Positions 37,661 through 49,599 are shown, numbered from the whole stretch's first letter. The stretch is 61,257 nucleotides of DNA, filler included, from Hausera hauseri (GCA_046269625.1; 9 parts of 9 records of this genome joined end to end with filler, not necessarily neighbours in it), one strand, 5' to 3'. Numbers and translations are program-made. Notes: generated from the letters alone by a model not told the origin.

Positions 37661-39107
37661 TTATGTAAAAGCTATAAATATTTTCCAAGGGGATTGGCGA
37701 CGAGATGACGGTTTGTCCTTGGCTGGCAGGTTCTTGTGCGTTACAAGTGCCTGCAGTGCGGCGATAATGGTGTCCAGCTGATTTTGCTGGGTCTCCGTGA
37801 CGGAGTGGATGTTTCCCGTTGGTGCAGATTCTACGGTGACTTTAGTACACTCGTATATCTTGTCGGCTTTTGATGCCATATCGTCCAATGTCGTGTCGGG
37901 CGATAATAGCACAAGTGTCGCTTGAATTTGGTTTGGCAAACTACTTAGGAAGTAGCGCCGTAGTATGTGTTGGTTAATGTGGAAGTCCAACTCAGCATTG
38001 CTCAAATCTGAACATAACTTTTGAAGCATAGCAGGTTTCATATTCCCTGTCTGTCGCTTGGTGAAAAACCAGGTTGAATTGGTTTTTTTGAGATGGCAAA
38101 TATGCTTTGCATATAGCTGCTTTGAGTTTGTCAAACGGCTTTTCATCTGACAATAACGTGTCCAGATTCGTTATTGCTGCGAGCGTTGTTTGCTGCAAGT
38201 ATTGTATTAATATTAGGACCCTTTTTAGTTGGCCGGTAATGCAGCATTGAGTAGCCCATGTTTCAAACACATTGAACGACTTCAATGGAGTTCCGTCCGA
38301 ACCTATGAAGAAGGTCGGACACGCTAATTTGGGTGGTTTAGCCGGTGATGCTGAAACAGTTTCTGATTTTTTGTCGGGCGTGTGGGTGTCAACGCCTCCT
38401 TTTAATTTTGGAGTCGCCAGTATAGTGGTATTTTCTATGAAAATTGTATTGATTGCGCAATTATTCTTGTGCAATAATTTCCCTTTATGAAAAAATGTAT
38501 GCTCGGGATATTGTTGGTTTAAAACTTCCAGCATTCCCGACATATCTAGGGTAGATGGAAAGCGATGAGCTTTCGTCTGACGCCAATTTTGTACAATGAG
38601 TTGTACTTCGTTTGGCGTACTATCGGTCGACGGTATTTCACCGTAGTGAATTTTGTTGGCGATGTCTATCGACTGGCGATTGGATGAATGGTTAAATAGC
38701 GAATATTCGCTTGTTGTGCGTGCTATTTTAGCACGGTTTGTATAATCGGTTTTGTATTCAGATTTGACGGTGTTGGCGCGTGTGTTAGTGCTAGGATATT
38801 TTAGCACTTGTTCAGAATCACTCATTGCGATTTTCTGATTGCAGTTAATTTTGCTGATACAACTGTCAGTGGGTGTTACGTGATTATACTTGCTGATACA
38901 CGATTGCGTGACCGCATTAATTTCGATGGCACTTGTGCGAATTTTAGCCGGATTGTTGTCAACTGCTCTGTGCAGAGTTTCAGCCGGATTGATTTCAACG
39001 GCTGAGTTTATATTGAAAGGCGTGAGTGCGGTAACCACTAACACCATTTTAATGACCGGTTTTTTATGAAACGGTTGAATAAAATGACCGAATATATCGA
39101 AAGACAA
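37661..39107 (-). CDS. N-extension + ubiquitin-like domain + Gypsy Gag capsid-like fusion (one frameshift near 38050)
   Basis: UBL 38606-38394 ends KLKGG. The Gag part reads CPTF, ITGQLKR..LIQYL, KPFDKLKAAI, MKP..MLQKL, ILRRYFLSSLPNQIQATL..L...TLDDMASKADKIYE. Confidence 0.75.
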
Positions 39108-39137
39108 AAAATGAAAAACAAGTAAAACGTGAAATAT

Positions 39138-39801
39138 TTATTTTTGTTCTACAGGTGGTTCGTCCGCTAAGGCGTAGGATTCTTCCGTTGAGGAGAGGGT
39201 CGGATTGTTCCTTGCAGCATGACATGGACGAATCGAAGCGTCATTCGAACTAAAGTCTGCCGATGTTGGTTCTTGTCGTATTGGCTCCAGCCGGCGTCGA
39301 CGGTGTGGTACGGGAACTTCGTCTGGGCTGGAGCTCACTGTCCTAGCCTGCGGTTTGTCAACGGTCCGACGGCCAGGAATCAACTGGCTCTCCGATGGAG
39401 CCAGGGATTTGTAGAGATAGTCGGCGGCCGCCATCAATCTTAAAAAGAGCGGCAAGAAAACCGACGAGTCGAAAAGACGCCGATTTTTTCCGTCCTCATA
39501 AAACCGATGGAGTGTTCCACCGGGTAAAGAATAGGGGTCGTTCCGCCCCAGTTTGGTCAAGTGCCGTACGAAACGGCTCCGTTGTAGCAGCTCCCGTACC
39601 TCCAGAAAATCCGAGTAGGACCGGTATCTTGGGAATGCGATACCCCGGAATCGGTATGATCTTCCTTTCGCCAAGAGTGGCGTTTGGTTGTACGGCTTCA
39701 TCGGCTAGGACGATCTTCGTGTCTTTCCTGATGATTTGTTCGCCAGGTTTTTCTTTTCTGGTTGATACGTTCCTTTTTTGGCTTTGTGGCATGTTTTTCA
39801 T
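39138..39801 (-). CDS. Intronless orphan ORF (overlapping or frameshifted pair), basic and Ser/Pro-rich
   Basis: ORFs 39496-39801 and 39138-39701, higher GC than the flanks, ending about 30 bp before the UBL-Gag ORF. Confidence 0.45.
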
Positions 39802-40599
39802 TTTTCTTACTCTGTATATATTTTTTTAAAATGATTCTTTCTACTTTTGAACTGTAAATTCAAACAAATGGATTTGAATCCACAGATTTCGATTGTCGAT
39901 TTATTACTATTATTACAAATGCTGATCACTTCAGCACTCGTAATCCAGGTTTTTTAATTTTCCTGTTTCGTAGGCGGATTCATGTTTGTTTGGGATAAAT
40001 CCGTAATTTTTATTTCTTTCTGATATTTTATTTTGACTAAGTCTGTGATGTTGAATTGTGATTTTAAATTTTGAGAAATTTAAATTTTATTTCAGATTTT
40101 AAATTTTATTATTATCATGGGAAATTTTTACTGATTAATTTTGAATGTATTTTGGTAATTTAATATTTATTTTTTCGATTGCATGAGTTTTGTAAATCAA
40201 AGCTTTAGAAAGGGCTTGATGTTGACGTGTAAATATCCTATTATTGTTTGTTAATTTTTTTATTATTTGATTTTGTATTTGCTAAAGAGTTGATACACTT
40301 TTGTCTTTTTCTTTCATTCGGCCGTTTTAACAAGATATTCGAANNNNNNNNNNNNNNNNNNNNNNNNNNNNNNNNNNNNNNNNNNNNTTAATTAATTAAN
40401 NNNNNNNNNNNNNNNNNNNNNNNNNNNNNNNNNNNNNNNNNNNTGTTGTAGTCGATCCGGTTGTGGAGAGTGGCCGTGAGGAGTGATGACGTGACCCAGG
40501 AAATTTACACGTTTTTGAAAATGACACTTGAAGAAATTGACTTACAAATTTCTGTGATGTAGTCCGTGAAAGATAATACGAAGGTGCTTTTGATGTTGT

Positions 40600-41100
40600 T
40601 TAGCGGATGAGCAAAGTCAAGGCCTGATAGAACGGTATCAATGTTTCGTTAAAAAGTTTGGGAAGCACTACGTAAACCAAACCGCATAAAGATATATTCA
40701 TAGAGGCCAAATAGAGTAATGACAGCAGTTTTTGGAATATTATCAGGTGCAACCGGAATTTGATGATAAGCTTTATGCAAGTCAATTGTTGAGTACGTGT
40801 TAGTATTGGTAGGACTGTGCAGGATGACCTTTATGAAAGGTAAAGGGTAAGCATCTAGGGCCGTTAGGTTGTTTAACTGTCGATAATCACTACAGGGTCT
40901 TTAAGTGCCATCTTTTTTTGTTACTACATGCAATGGTGAAGCCCATGGTGATTTTGATCTTCAAATAATGCCAGCCCTTTAGAGTTCATTGAACTCTGAC
41001 TCAACGGCTTTTCGTCTAATAGGTAATAGTGGTCTGACCTTCTGTCTGATAGGTCTTTGGTGTTCAATGAATATATGGTGATCAGTTGTAGAAGGTGGCT
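40600..41100 (-). mobile_element. Gypsy (CsRn1-like) reverse transcriptase N-terminal half, decayed
   Basis: PWASPLHVV.KKDG..RPCSDYRQLN..T..DAYPLP, STIDLHKAYHQIPV.P..IPKTAVIT.FGLYEY..M.FGL..A.QTF. Confidence 0.9.
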
Positions 41101-41399
41101 TGAAATTGACGTCCTTTTTAGGATGCGGAAGCAAGATGTTGTTATATAGGATTTGATATTGGAATCCAGCGATGAGAATGATTGAGGCATATCATCTGAA
41201 GCGACAATGGATGGTATTGGCGAAGAATAACCGTAACTGCCACCATTAACACTCCGTTTACTCGGTTGTTTTAAAACCTACTTAGGTACATTTGATGTAA
41301 TGGAAGAAATGAATGAAGTACTAAATGTACCGTAATTAGCCGACGAACAAGTTTTCAAATTCACATACGAGTTAACAGCCGAAAACAACGGAGTTTTTA

Positions 41400-41750
41400 C
41401 TGGGATGTTTGGTAGATATTTGTTGGCATTTTCGATTGAGTTTCTGCACAGAAGGCAGCAATACTTGCAGTCAACTAGCAGATGATGTGCGGCCATAAAA
41501 TCTGAACCGATTATGGGGGATTTAATATTGGCCACGCGGAACTTCTAGACAAACTTATCTGGCAAGTTGGCGAATGTGCAAATCAGTTCCGTGGTACCTG
41601 CGACGTGGTTGACCACTGGCAGTGAAGAGCGGTGGAGAAGAAATCATAGTGGATGTAGGAGTGAAGGACAAGGAAAAGAGCGAAAAGGCAGCTCCTAAAT
41701 AGATATGTGAAGCATTGTTGGGGAACAATGCAGCATTTAATAGAAAAACT
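41400..41750 (-). mobile_element. Gypsy aspartic protease remnant
   Basis: Degenerate IYLGAAFSL (DTGA position) and VANIKSPIIGSDFM. Confidence 0.65.
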
Positions 41751-41899
41751 GCAAAGGGGTGTTAAGACGGCCAGAAGATTGAGCGGTATTGCTTATACCA
41801 GAATGTGTCGTGGCATCTGGCGGCGTTGTTAGTTTTTTGAGGTTTGTCGTGAAAAAGAAAAGGAATGAAAAGAGCGAGAAGAAGAAGATGAAAATAAAC

Positions 41900-44800
41900 T
41901 AGAATTCTTCTTATAATATTTGCATCCTGGCACACACGGCTTTGTGTGATAAATACAGATTGGGTTGTCTACTGCATAACGTTTGTCGTAAAATCGACAG
42001 CCCAAAAGATATTTTCTTGCGTCTCTGTAAAATTTGTTATGATAAAAGCAAATTATTCTTCCATCTCGAGATTTGGATCAAAAGGAATGCCTGAAATGGA
42101 TACGATTACGCGAAACACGGTTTTCACGTCTCCGAGGCACAGATAACTCACTAAGTTAAGCTGTAATCGCAGAAATTACTTGTTGAAGTGTGTAGAATTG
42201 TTTCTGCATCATTTGCAGTTGTTGTGAAAATAAAATGTTATCTGTATGATGGTGTGTGGGCGGTTGTTGCAGCTACTCGTTGTCAGCTATTTGATTGTAA
42301 GATGTTGAAACTTCTATCTGCTAGTAAGGCAAGTTTCTCGAGTGCCGTTAAATTGTCTACGACAGTAAGCAACTCTGTGATAGAGGTGGGCAAAGAAGAA
42401 AAAAATACTGACGAAGAAGATCGGCATTGTTTGTAGGAGGGACGCCTAAGGAACTCAGTTGAGAAATAGCGGTTTTAAGGAAATCGGACGGCTTTTGATT
42501 TCCGATAGCATGTTCATTAAAGTATTTTTGTACTATGCTATCAATGGAATGGTCGGTAATATGTAGGACTGATTCATAGAGCATATCATATGGATTTGAA
42601 GAGTTGAGTATATCGGCAAGATTATTGATTTGCTGCTTGATATTTGCTGGAAGAAGAAGCAACAAGCTCTTCGCACGCAAGAAAGAATCAGTGATATGAT
42701 TGGCTTTAAGTCATTGCAAGTGAAATTGTAGCCAGGTGCAACTTGAATTAGTTTTGTTAGGGAGAAAATCTGTGCAAGGAAGATTAGGAGAGGCAGGTGG
42801 TATAGGGTCTCCAGGATGACGACCAGACCTGATCTTGGAGGAGGTTTCAGTATAAAAAGGATCAAAATTCGATTCACCCCGTAGGCGAAAGTGGAGAGTT
42901 AGGTGGATGATTGGAGAGAAAGATGAAGAAAGTTGTTCATGGATGTTAAGTATAAAGCCATGATACGAGAGATAAAAGTCTGAGAAGTGGAACAAGAAGG
43001 ATGGATATGTGTGAAGGCGGTGTAAAGTATCTCTACGTGTTGCACTGAAGGTATAGAAGTACATATTATTGGAAAAGACAAACAGGGAATAGGGACATGG
43101 TTCAGCGGGGGCGGTCACGCTCGATTTTCCAACCAAATCATTCACTGGTTGCGCATTAAGACCGGGACCACTTCTTGATAATGAAAAGACGGCTCTCTCC
43201 TGATTAGGACTATCATAGTTCTGAGATGACATATAAGTTTTATGTGAATTACTAACTTCGTTCCACATTTTAAATGATGGAATACTGATATATGAATATC
43301 TGTCACAATTATCTTGTAATGATAACGACTCGGACAATCGTTCTTGGGGTTTTTGCGTCAACGCAACTGATCGCACTGATTCTTGAACAGCTTTAACAAT
43401 TTGTTTTTTATGGTCCATCGAAGTTACGAAAGATGCGGTTTTTGAAGGAGTTGATAATACCGTGGTAGGTGTGTCGAATGATTTAATAGTTGAAATTGAC
43501 GAACCAAGAGGGAAATTTGTTGACGGATAAAATGGTAAATTGCATGTTGTGCCAAATATTAAATTATCAACAAAATTTTCAGCCCCAGTCTGTTGATGTG
43601 GTTGTGAAGCAGATGATGATGACAAAGGCGACGCATCGAATAATTGTTTGTGGATAGAAGTTGGTGCGGTGGAAGAATGATTTGTTGATGTAAACAGTAC
43701 CGAATGTAAACGGTAATCATCGAATATTTTCCGATCGATGAGTTCCCCATAGAGACTGGCCAGATTCCGAAACGACTCACAGTCGACAGTCGTCACAGTC
43801 CCGTCAACTCGAGGTATAGTCAAGTCCAAAAACTGGAGGAGCCAATCCTGTATGCAGTGTTTCAGTCTTGTGCAGATACTCGGCAATGGAGGCAACCACG
43901 AATTGCCGATTAGTACCGGCAATTGTTTCCGGAAACTTTATTTTACCTTGTTTGTAATCCGGAATATTAAAGCTTAAATCACATTTTTCAAGAATTAAAA
44001 AAGGCTTTCTGTCTGAGTCAGTAATAGAGTCTAATTCTGGATTTTGTTGCTTAACTTTACATGCAACCAAATATTTAGAGTTCCACTTGCCTGAAGGTAA
44101 TCATGTACTTCAAAAAGAAATTTGTTGTCTCGTTCAGCAACAGAACAAGTTGGTGAAGTATTCTCTAAACGAATAAATTTGTCAAAGAGTGAGGCATATT
44201 TTGAATCAAAGGAACAAAGTCTTCTGTCCATGACATTACTTGTATTATAAGCTGATGAAATAAATGCAGGTGGGGAAGTGGAATTAAAGGAATACGAAAA
44301 TCCATGTATAGGAAAAAGTAAAAAACGAAAGCACGTAAATCTTTCGTTTGAATAGTTCAGATTCAATTGATCAACAAAAACTCGAAGAACATTATTCAGA
44401 TGACAATCACCTCCATGAAGACATACTTTAATAGGTTCCATTCTTTTTCGACTTTTGTTGATAATCTGGGTCATTGAGAATTTAATATCAGCAAAAGTAA
44501 CTACAGCATTGTGAAATATACTCTTTTGTAAAGAGTTCTGAGACATACTTTCCTCCTAAATCTGATAGACTAATTACATAAACAATGTCTAGCGATTTAC
44601 TTTTGTCATTAAGAAACTCATTTACTTGATCCAACACTTCAGAACGAGCATTTATGTCGTTGGACACTTTGGCGTCTGTAATATTATCTCGAATTAATTC
44701 AGTTGTTACCGAGTTTACAATAGTACTAGAGGTCATAAGAGATGACCCCAACGATAGATTTGTTGAGCACACAGCTCCGGTAATCTGATAATATCTACCT

Positions 44801-45030
44801 GTAGATGATATTGCTCCTTCATCGGAAAGAACCGTCACAGCAGCAATAGAAAGAGTAAAAGTTTTTATTTTACCATTTATTTGTTTCTTTGGTTTTGGCT
44901 GGTCTTTCTTGCTTGAGTTAACAGTTACTGTTGGAACAATTGATGCTTTGGATGACTTAGGTTTAGCTTTTGCGCTACTAGTTTGAGCATAAGCGTCTTG
45001 ATCTTGAGAACAACTATTTTTCTTTAAGTA
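41900..45030 (-). pseudogene. Very long gag ORF: ~650-aa orphan extension + ubiquitin-like domain + Gag capsid + CHCC-type knuckles (frameshifted)
   Basis: ORF pieces 44488-44838, 44031-44546, 43804-44070, 42711-43922 and 42357-42680. UBL 43085-42873 ends LHFRLRGE. Gag reads NPYDML, IGNQKPSDFL, LLRQYFFSSLP, LA.LAD. Knuckles ICFYHNKFYRDARKY..GC and ICIYH..PCVPGC lie at ~42055-41915. Confidence 0.78.
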
Positions 45031-45045
45031 GTAGATCTGAGGACA

Positions 45046-45252
45046 CGGCGCCCATATAAATTTCCTATCTCGAGACCCCCCTCACCCTAGGATCGATAAT
45101 CAATATTTTTATATGGGAAAAATTTTCGAAATCAATATTTAATATAAGAAATTTGGGCGCCGTCGTGGTTTCACTATTACCACCCCAAAAATCAATATTT
45201 TGTATACGAAATTTGGCTCCGTCGTGGTTTCACTATTACTACTCCCAAATTT
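45046..45252. repeat. ~60-bp tandem repeats with a local inverted repeat between polB and the gag ORF
   Basis: AATCAATATTT...GAAATTTGG..CCGTCGTGGTTTCACTATTAC occurs twice plus a partial copy. ACGGCGCCCA (45046) is inverted relative to TGGGCGCCGT (~45154). Confidence 0.75.
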
Positions 45253-45404
45253 GTTTTAATTTTGCAAAGTTGATATAAATACCCTTGTGTCACTTGAGAA
45301 AAAATTTTTCAATATTTAAATGTACAAAACATAAGACAAAGAAGTATGTACAAATATTTATTAATATAACATATACAAGAAATCAAATATTTACACATTT
45401 GTAC

Positions 45405-45677
45405 AATAATGTCCGTATGCGACACTTTTGTTTCTTTATATCCAGTGTCGTTTGTCGTCAAATGGATCTAGCGCTTTCTTTTTTGTACTGATCGTCATTA
45501 GTTGATAATTTTTGGTCCCAATTCGTTCTTGATCGACAATTGTCCCACATCCTTTCTCATACGCTTGCAAGTAGTTATCAAAGTGCAAATCCGTTTGTTT
45601 CAGATTGATACCCTTCATTTAAGGACCGGTTTAATTTTGGTTTTAAGGGCATACGATTTTGGTCTTAGGAAAATGGC
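45405..45677 (-). pseudogene. Polinton-type polB C-terminus, same family as 28960-29835
   Basis: FLRPKSYALKT, KGINLKQTDLHF, KKALDPFDDKRHWI, AYGH. Visibly similar at nucleotide level to 29580-29830. Confidence 0.82.
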
Positions 45678-45777
45678 NNNNNNNNNNNNNNNNNNNNNNN
45701 NNNNNNNNNNNNNNNNNNNNNTTAATTAATTAANNNNNNNNNNNNNNNNNNNNNNNNNNNNNNNNNNNNNNNNNNNN

Positions 45778-46781
45778 AAGTAATTTAGGCAAAATATGGG
45801 TAAAGAATAGGAAATTTATGTAAAATAGGTAATATATAAAAAATTTAATATGCAAATAACGTGTAGGTGATGTATATGTAATGTGTAGGTAAAATATACG
45901 TAAAATATAGGTAAAGTATAGGTAATAAATACATTAATCAAAATTACATAACTGTTGTTATTGTAATATTAACATGTTTCACAATGTCTTTTGTTTAAAA
46001 AAACGTATTCAAAAAATAATGTAATATGATAGGTTATGATATATGATAATATATGGAATATATATGATACTATATGGTAGGATATGACAATATATGAAAT
46101 GATATACGATTTGATAAGATAAGATGTGATATGATAATATATAAAATGACATTCTCTGCAATATGTCTACATATCCCTACATATCCCCTATGATTTTTCT
46201 TTTATTCAGTGCTATACTTGATGAATAAAGTGGAATATGTTAGTTGGTTTAGACATGCATGTAACATTCGTACTTCCAGTAATGATTAAAATGATAATTC
46301 AACAAATTACATGATGGGATTTTTTTCTACCAAATTCAGATGCAAATATGCTTATATGAATGTGATTACTATACTATGCCATACCGTTATTTTATACTAT
46401 ATTACCGATATTACCTATTTTACCTGAATATTACATATTATCTATATGTTATCCATATTACCTATATTTTACCTGCATATTACATATATGTAACCTACAT
46501 ATTACCTATACTTTATCCATATTACCTATATTTTACCTCTATTACCTATATATTACCCATATTTACCTATATAACCTATTTATTACATATTACCTATATA
46601 TTAGCTATATTACCTATATTTAACCTGCATATTACATATATTACCTATATTACCCATGTTACATATATTGCCTATATTACCTACATATTACCTATATGTT
46701 AAATACATATTACATATATTTTTATATATTAACTATATTACCCATATTTATCCATATTACCTATATTTTACATTTTACATA
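45778..46781. repeat. Low-complexity ATATTACCT-type minisatellite, resuming at 48028-48083 and 49368-49480
   Basis: Degenerate TATTACCTATA units on both sides of the Tc1 and mariner insertions. Confidence 0.85.
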
Positions 46782-48027
46782 CAATCATGGCAAAAGGTCA
46801 TGCATAATTTTGAAAATGATAATTTCATAGGGTTTATTATACAAATGTCACGAAAATACATAACTATGCAACATGATTCAGAGAACTGAAAGTCAGGATA
46901 TACAAAGAGATAATGTTAACTAGGATTGACACCTTATTAGTACTTAGTTGCCTGCCCATGAGTCTTCAAAGTTGTTTCGAGATATCTAACACCCAAACAG
47001 ATTGTATTGCATGTTTAAGTTCAAGTATGCTTTGTGAGTGTCTATTTTGAACTTTCATTTTCACTATTCTCTATAGATTTTCCATTGGGTTGAGGTCTAG
47101 GCTATTTCCCGACCATTTTTATTAACTTAGCCTGATGACATGTCGCCTCGTCATGTTGAAAAATCTTACATCTGCAAATACTTAAGTACAAAGGGACCTT
47201 GTTCTTTATTTATTCTAGATAACTGGCTGCATTAACTGTGGTACCTGCCTCAAAAATGCAATGGTCCACGCCCTCGGTTAGAAAATGCTCCCCAGACCAT
47301 TAATGATGTAGAGTGTTTAACAGACCTGATTGTGTAATTATGATGAAATCGACAATTTTGGGGCTTTCTGACATAATTCTGATATCTCCAAAACTGCAAA
47401 ATGTGCCCTAATCTGAAAACATGCCTTGTTTCCACTGTTCTCTTGTCCAATTAAGATACTTCCGCAAAAAAGATATCCTATTCTTAATATTTTTGGCGGA
47501 AAACAATGGTTTTTTTGAAGGTTTATGAGCAGGCAACCGATGATCTTTAGCCAAACAGTGCCTAATACCTCCTTCACTAAGCCTAATATCAGAAAACTCA
47601 GCCTTTAGTTAATGTAATGTTATAAAAGGAATTTTCATGACTGCTCTTCTTAGCATTTTGTTTTCTCTTGAACTTGACTTCCGCTGCCTTCCTGATCTGG
47701 AAAAATCTCTTACACTCCCCTTTACCAAATTCTTTCTTAGAATCCCGCACATTGATGACTGGTTAATCTTTAGTCTCTTCGCAATATCTGCTTGTTTATA
47801 CCCTTCTTCATTTAAAACTACTACTTTTGCTCTATCTTCAATAGAAATTCGCTTCCTAGAAGTTATTAATAAAAACTCATATATGCCGCACATTTCTTAC
47901 ATTTGTTTATGCAGAAAAACTTTAAATTATTAATACTATGATTCATTCCACAGTAATCTAATTATAGCATTCGATTGGTTCATTTTTAGTATTTTAGAAA
48001 ATTATGCATGATTTTTTGCCACGACTG
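46782..48027 (-). mobile_element. Tc1-family transposon, decayed, with TIRs
   Basis: TA|CAATCATGGCAAAAGGTCATGCATAATTTT ... AAAATTATGCATGATTTTTTGCCACGACTG|TA. HTH with RSGRQRK, VKH..SLMVWGAFS, W.GNSLDLNPMENL. Confidence 0.92.
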
Positions 48028-48083
48028 TATATTACCTATATATTACCCATATTACCTATATTTTTACCTGCATATTGCATATA

Positions 48084-49367
48084 CATGATGCGTTCAATAA
48101 GTACACGGACTAGACCAGAAAGCAACAGACAACAAACATGATATTTTAACACAATAATTACCAGAGTATGGACACATTATTTTTTAACATAAGTGCCACC
48201 GTTCTCTATGCAATTCTTCCAACGTGCAACTAATTCAAGAAACGCATTCTTGTAAAAAATTTTGGACTTTTCACCGAAAAAAGTAACCACGTTGTCCCTC
48301 AACTCTTCTGGATTGTCAAAGATTTCGCCTCGCTAATGCCTTTTAAGGTGACGGAAGAGGCAGATGTGGCTTGGCGCAAGACCGGGATTGTAGGGAGGAT
48401 GACTGAGGAGCTGAAACCCATTCTCCTCGATGACTGCCATGGGTTGACCACTTTTGTGGACTGGTGCATTATTCTGCAACGAACATAGTGGACATCCTCT
48501 CATCTGTCGGTGATTTCGTCAGCATGTCTTCACCAGGTTGCTGTAGTAGGAGGAGTTGATGCGGACACCTTTATCGACAAAATCTGTGCAGATGACCTCA
48601 CTGTGATCCCAGGAAACTGAGGATCAACGATTTCCGGTGCGACGTCCCAGATCGCATCTTCCTGCAACTGCTTTCATCGGGGAATTTCCACTCAGATGAT
48701 TCCCTCTTTGATTCTGGAATGTAGAGAGTGGGGTTTCATTCACAGTAATATTATTGAGGACATTGTCTCCATATTCCTCGAAAATCTGGATGTTTTCCTG
48801 ACAACACTGAAGATGATTTTCGCACATTTCAGATGGAAGGAATCTTGCGACAAATCTGGAGGCTAATTTTCTAATTCCAAGTTCATGCAGCATGGCATGC
48901 ACACTTCCAACACTAACAAGTAGCATTTGTGACAGGTTCCTGATGGTAATTCGGAGTTCTTTACTTACAATTTGGGCACACTTCTTTTTTCTGATAACCA
49001 ATCTCACACGGCCGACCAGATTTCTCAAACACTCACTGACGACCCTTCGTGAATTGACTGAACCAATTCTAGATTGTGGTGGGTGAGGGGCATTCATCTG
49101 CATAAGTCTCTTGTAGAAACTTCAGGATTTGATCACTCTTTTCTTGGCGTAAAACTAGGAACTTTATCACGCTTCGATATTCAACAGGATGCAACATTAT
49201 TTGACGCAAATTTAAAATTGCGCCAAGATGTAGTAAACAATAATGAATGATTTAAAACAAACTATATTTCCTTTACCTATCACGAACAATGAATTACAGG
49301 ATGATTATAATATTATTATTATATTGTGCTTTCTGGTCTAGTCCGGATACTTATTGAACGCCCAACG
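48084..49367 (-). mobile_element. mariner-family transposon, near full length, decayed, with TIRs
   Basis: TA|CATGATGCGTTCAATAAGTACACGGACTAGACCAGAAAGCA and its inverted copy ending 49367|TA. SRFVARFL, NITVNET, QNNAPVH, HPPYNPGLAP. Confidence 0.92.
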
Positions 49368-49599
49368 TACATTACCTATATTACCTACATATTACCCATA
49401 TTTTATCTAAATTTCCTATACTTTACCAATATTTTGCCTAAATTACTTATATATTAAATATATTTCGCCTAAATTATCTATATAATCTTTATTTGATCGA
49501 AACCTATATAGTATTTAGTTAGTTTTGACGCACATATTGATTTATTAATTAATATATTTACCTATATTCACTTAATCTTAGCTTTTATTGTATACTTAT

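Noticed and set aside
45036-45056. Possible tRNA-His-like primer binding site (minus strand TGGGCGCCGTGTCCTCAGAT)
   Set aside because: Several mismatches, no adjacent LTR-ending CA, and better explained as part of the local inverted repeat.
45095-45252. Repeat-spacer-like pattern next to polB
   Set aside because: Only two to three whole-unit tandem copies; the intervening parts are themselves similar.
46340-46889. Tyr/Ile-rich ORFs
   Set aside because: Translation of the ATATTACCT minisatellite.
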